Shown here: piece after piece, positions 63,437 to 64,000 of the stretch | How positions within the stretch are numbered: the stretch's first letter is position 1 | How the letters are laid out: each line of letters begins with the position of its first letter | DNA from: Squalus acanthias | Lineage: Eukaryota | Direction: 5' to 3' | NCBI GenBank assembly: GCA_030390025.1 | Contig: CM059432.1 | Location: 21,206,001 to 21,270,000 of the forward strand | DNA length: 64,000 bases | The notes under the pieces: model-generated | The model's database searches: none | The model's input: only the letters and a program-made list of their open reading frames with translations | Told to the model about the DNA's origin: nothing | Position numbers and translations under genes: made by a program

Positions 63437-63844
63437 TGTTGAAAGAAGATATGATTGTATTTGAAACCTTGAGACAAGAACGGAACATCATGTTGAGACT
63501 TGGTCAAAACCCTAATTGCCGAGACGGCTGGTATGGCATGACGCACCAAGAGTGGATGAACAGGAAAAACATCACGTAAAGGACAGATAGATATCAGCCG
63601 GTTATATGACTGACCCAGGGAATATAAAGGACAGTGAGACTAAGCAGCTGTACTGGAGCCGGGTGGGTTGATTTCCCACACAAAGATCTACAAGAGCTCA
63701 ACCGAACTAATCAATTGTTTGGACTTGTACCAAGGACGTGTATGTATTGTTTGCTTACTGTTGACTAATCAAGTAAAATAGTTGAACTAAGACTACCTGT
63801 TGTGTCTTTCCTAAGCTTCTCAGTTGAAGAAGCAGAATCCTACA
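63437..63844 (+). mobile_element. Possible solo LTR
   Basis: TGT...ACA ends, TATA-like aatataaag near 63621, AGTAAA near 63772; no TSD seen. Confidence 0.4.
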
Positions 63845-64000
63845 GCGCATTTCGGGCGCAATTTCTTGATTGCGCTCAAATCGTAAACTCTACCCCTACG
63901 TTTAGCCACTGAGGCAAGCCCGCATCTCCTGAAAAATTTCTTGCCAACCATTTCATAAGTAGAGAAACTCAAGCGAAGGACCAGCGCCCACAATACAGGA

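Noticed and set aside
60676..63897. One large MITE bounded by gggtagatttt / aaactctaccc
   Set aside because: The TIR match is short, the TSD is unconvincing, and it would enclose a probable host exon; two separate fragments are more likely.

Overview
Vertebrate genomic DNA, most likely from a cartilaginous fish (inferred from an HE1-type V-SINE and the CR1/L2/RTE/Penelope/Harbinger repertoire). The window is mostly intergenic or intronic and dominated by transposable elements. These include many CR1 LINEs (two long copies retaining the end of the ORF1 esterase), L2 and RTE fragments, SINEs, a solo LTR, a decayed but fully bounded PIF/Harbinger transposon, and several Harbinger MITEs with 3-bp TSDs. 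A ~10.9-kb CpG-rich tandem array of 22/24-bp units with kb-scale higher-order structure occupies 13-23.9 kb; the long ORFs reported there are artefacts. The only credible host coding sequence is two small minus-strand exons encoding the C-terminus of an unidentified protein (...KWDKLYIHSFSTQDCAGDVDYYWQFRR*). The most notable observations are: three minimal, dimer-type hammerhead ribozyme motifs in Penelope-like repeats, one inside a perfect 77-bp hairpin with a 14-bp TSD; an RTE insertion flanked by a 172-bp direct duplication; the structured satellite; and a LINE-LINE chimera inside a three-level nest. I cannot show from sequence alone that any of these is a wholly new system. All coordinates were read by eye and boundaries without a TSD are approximate.
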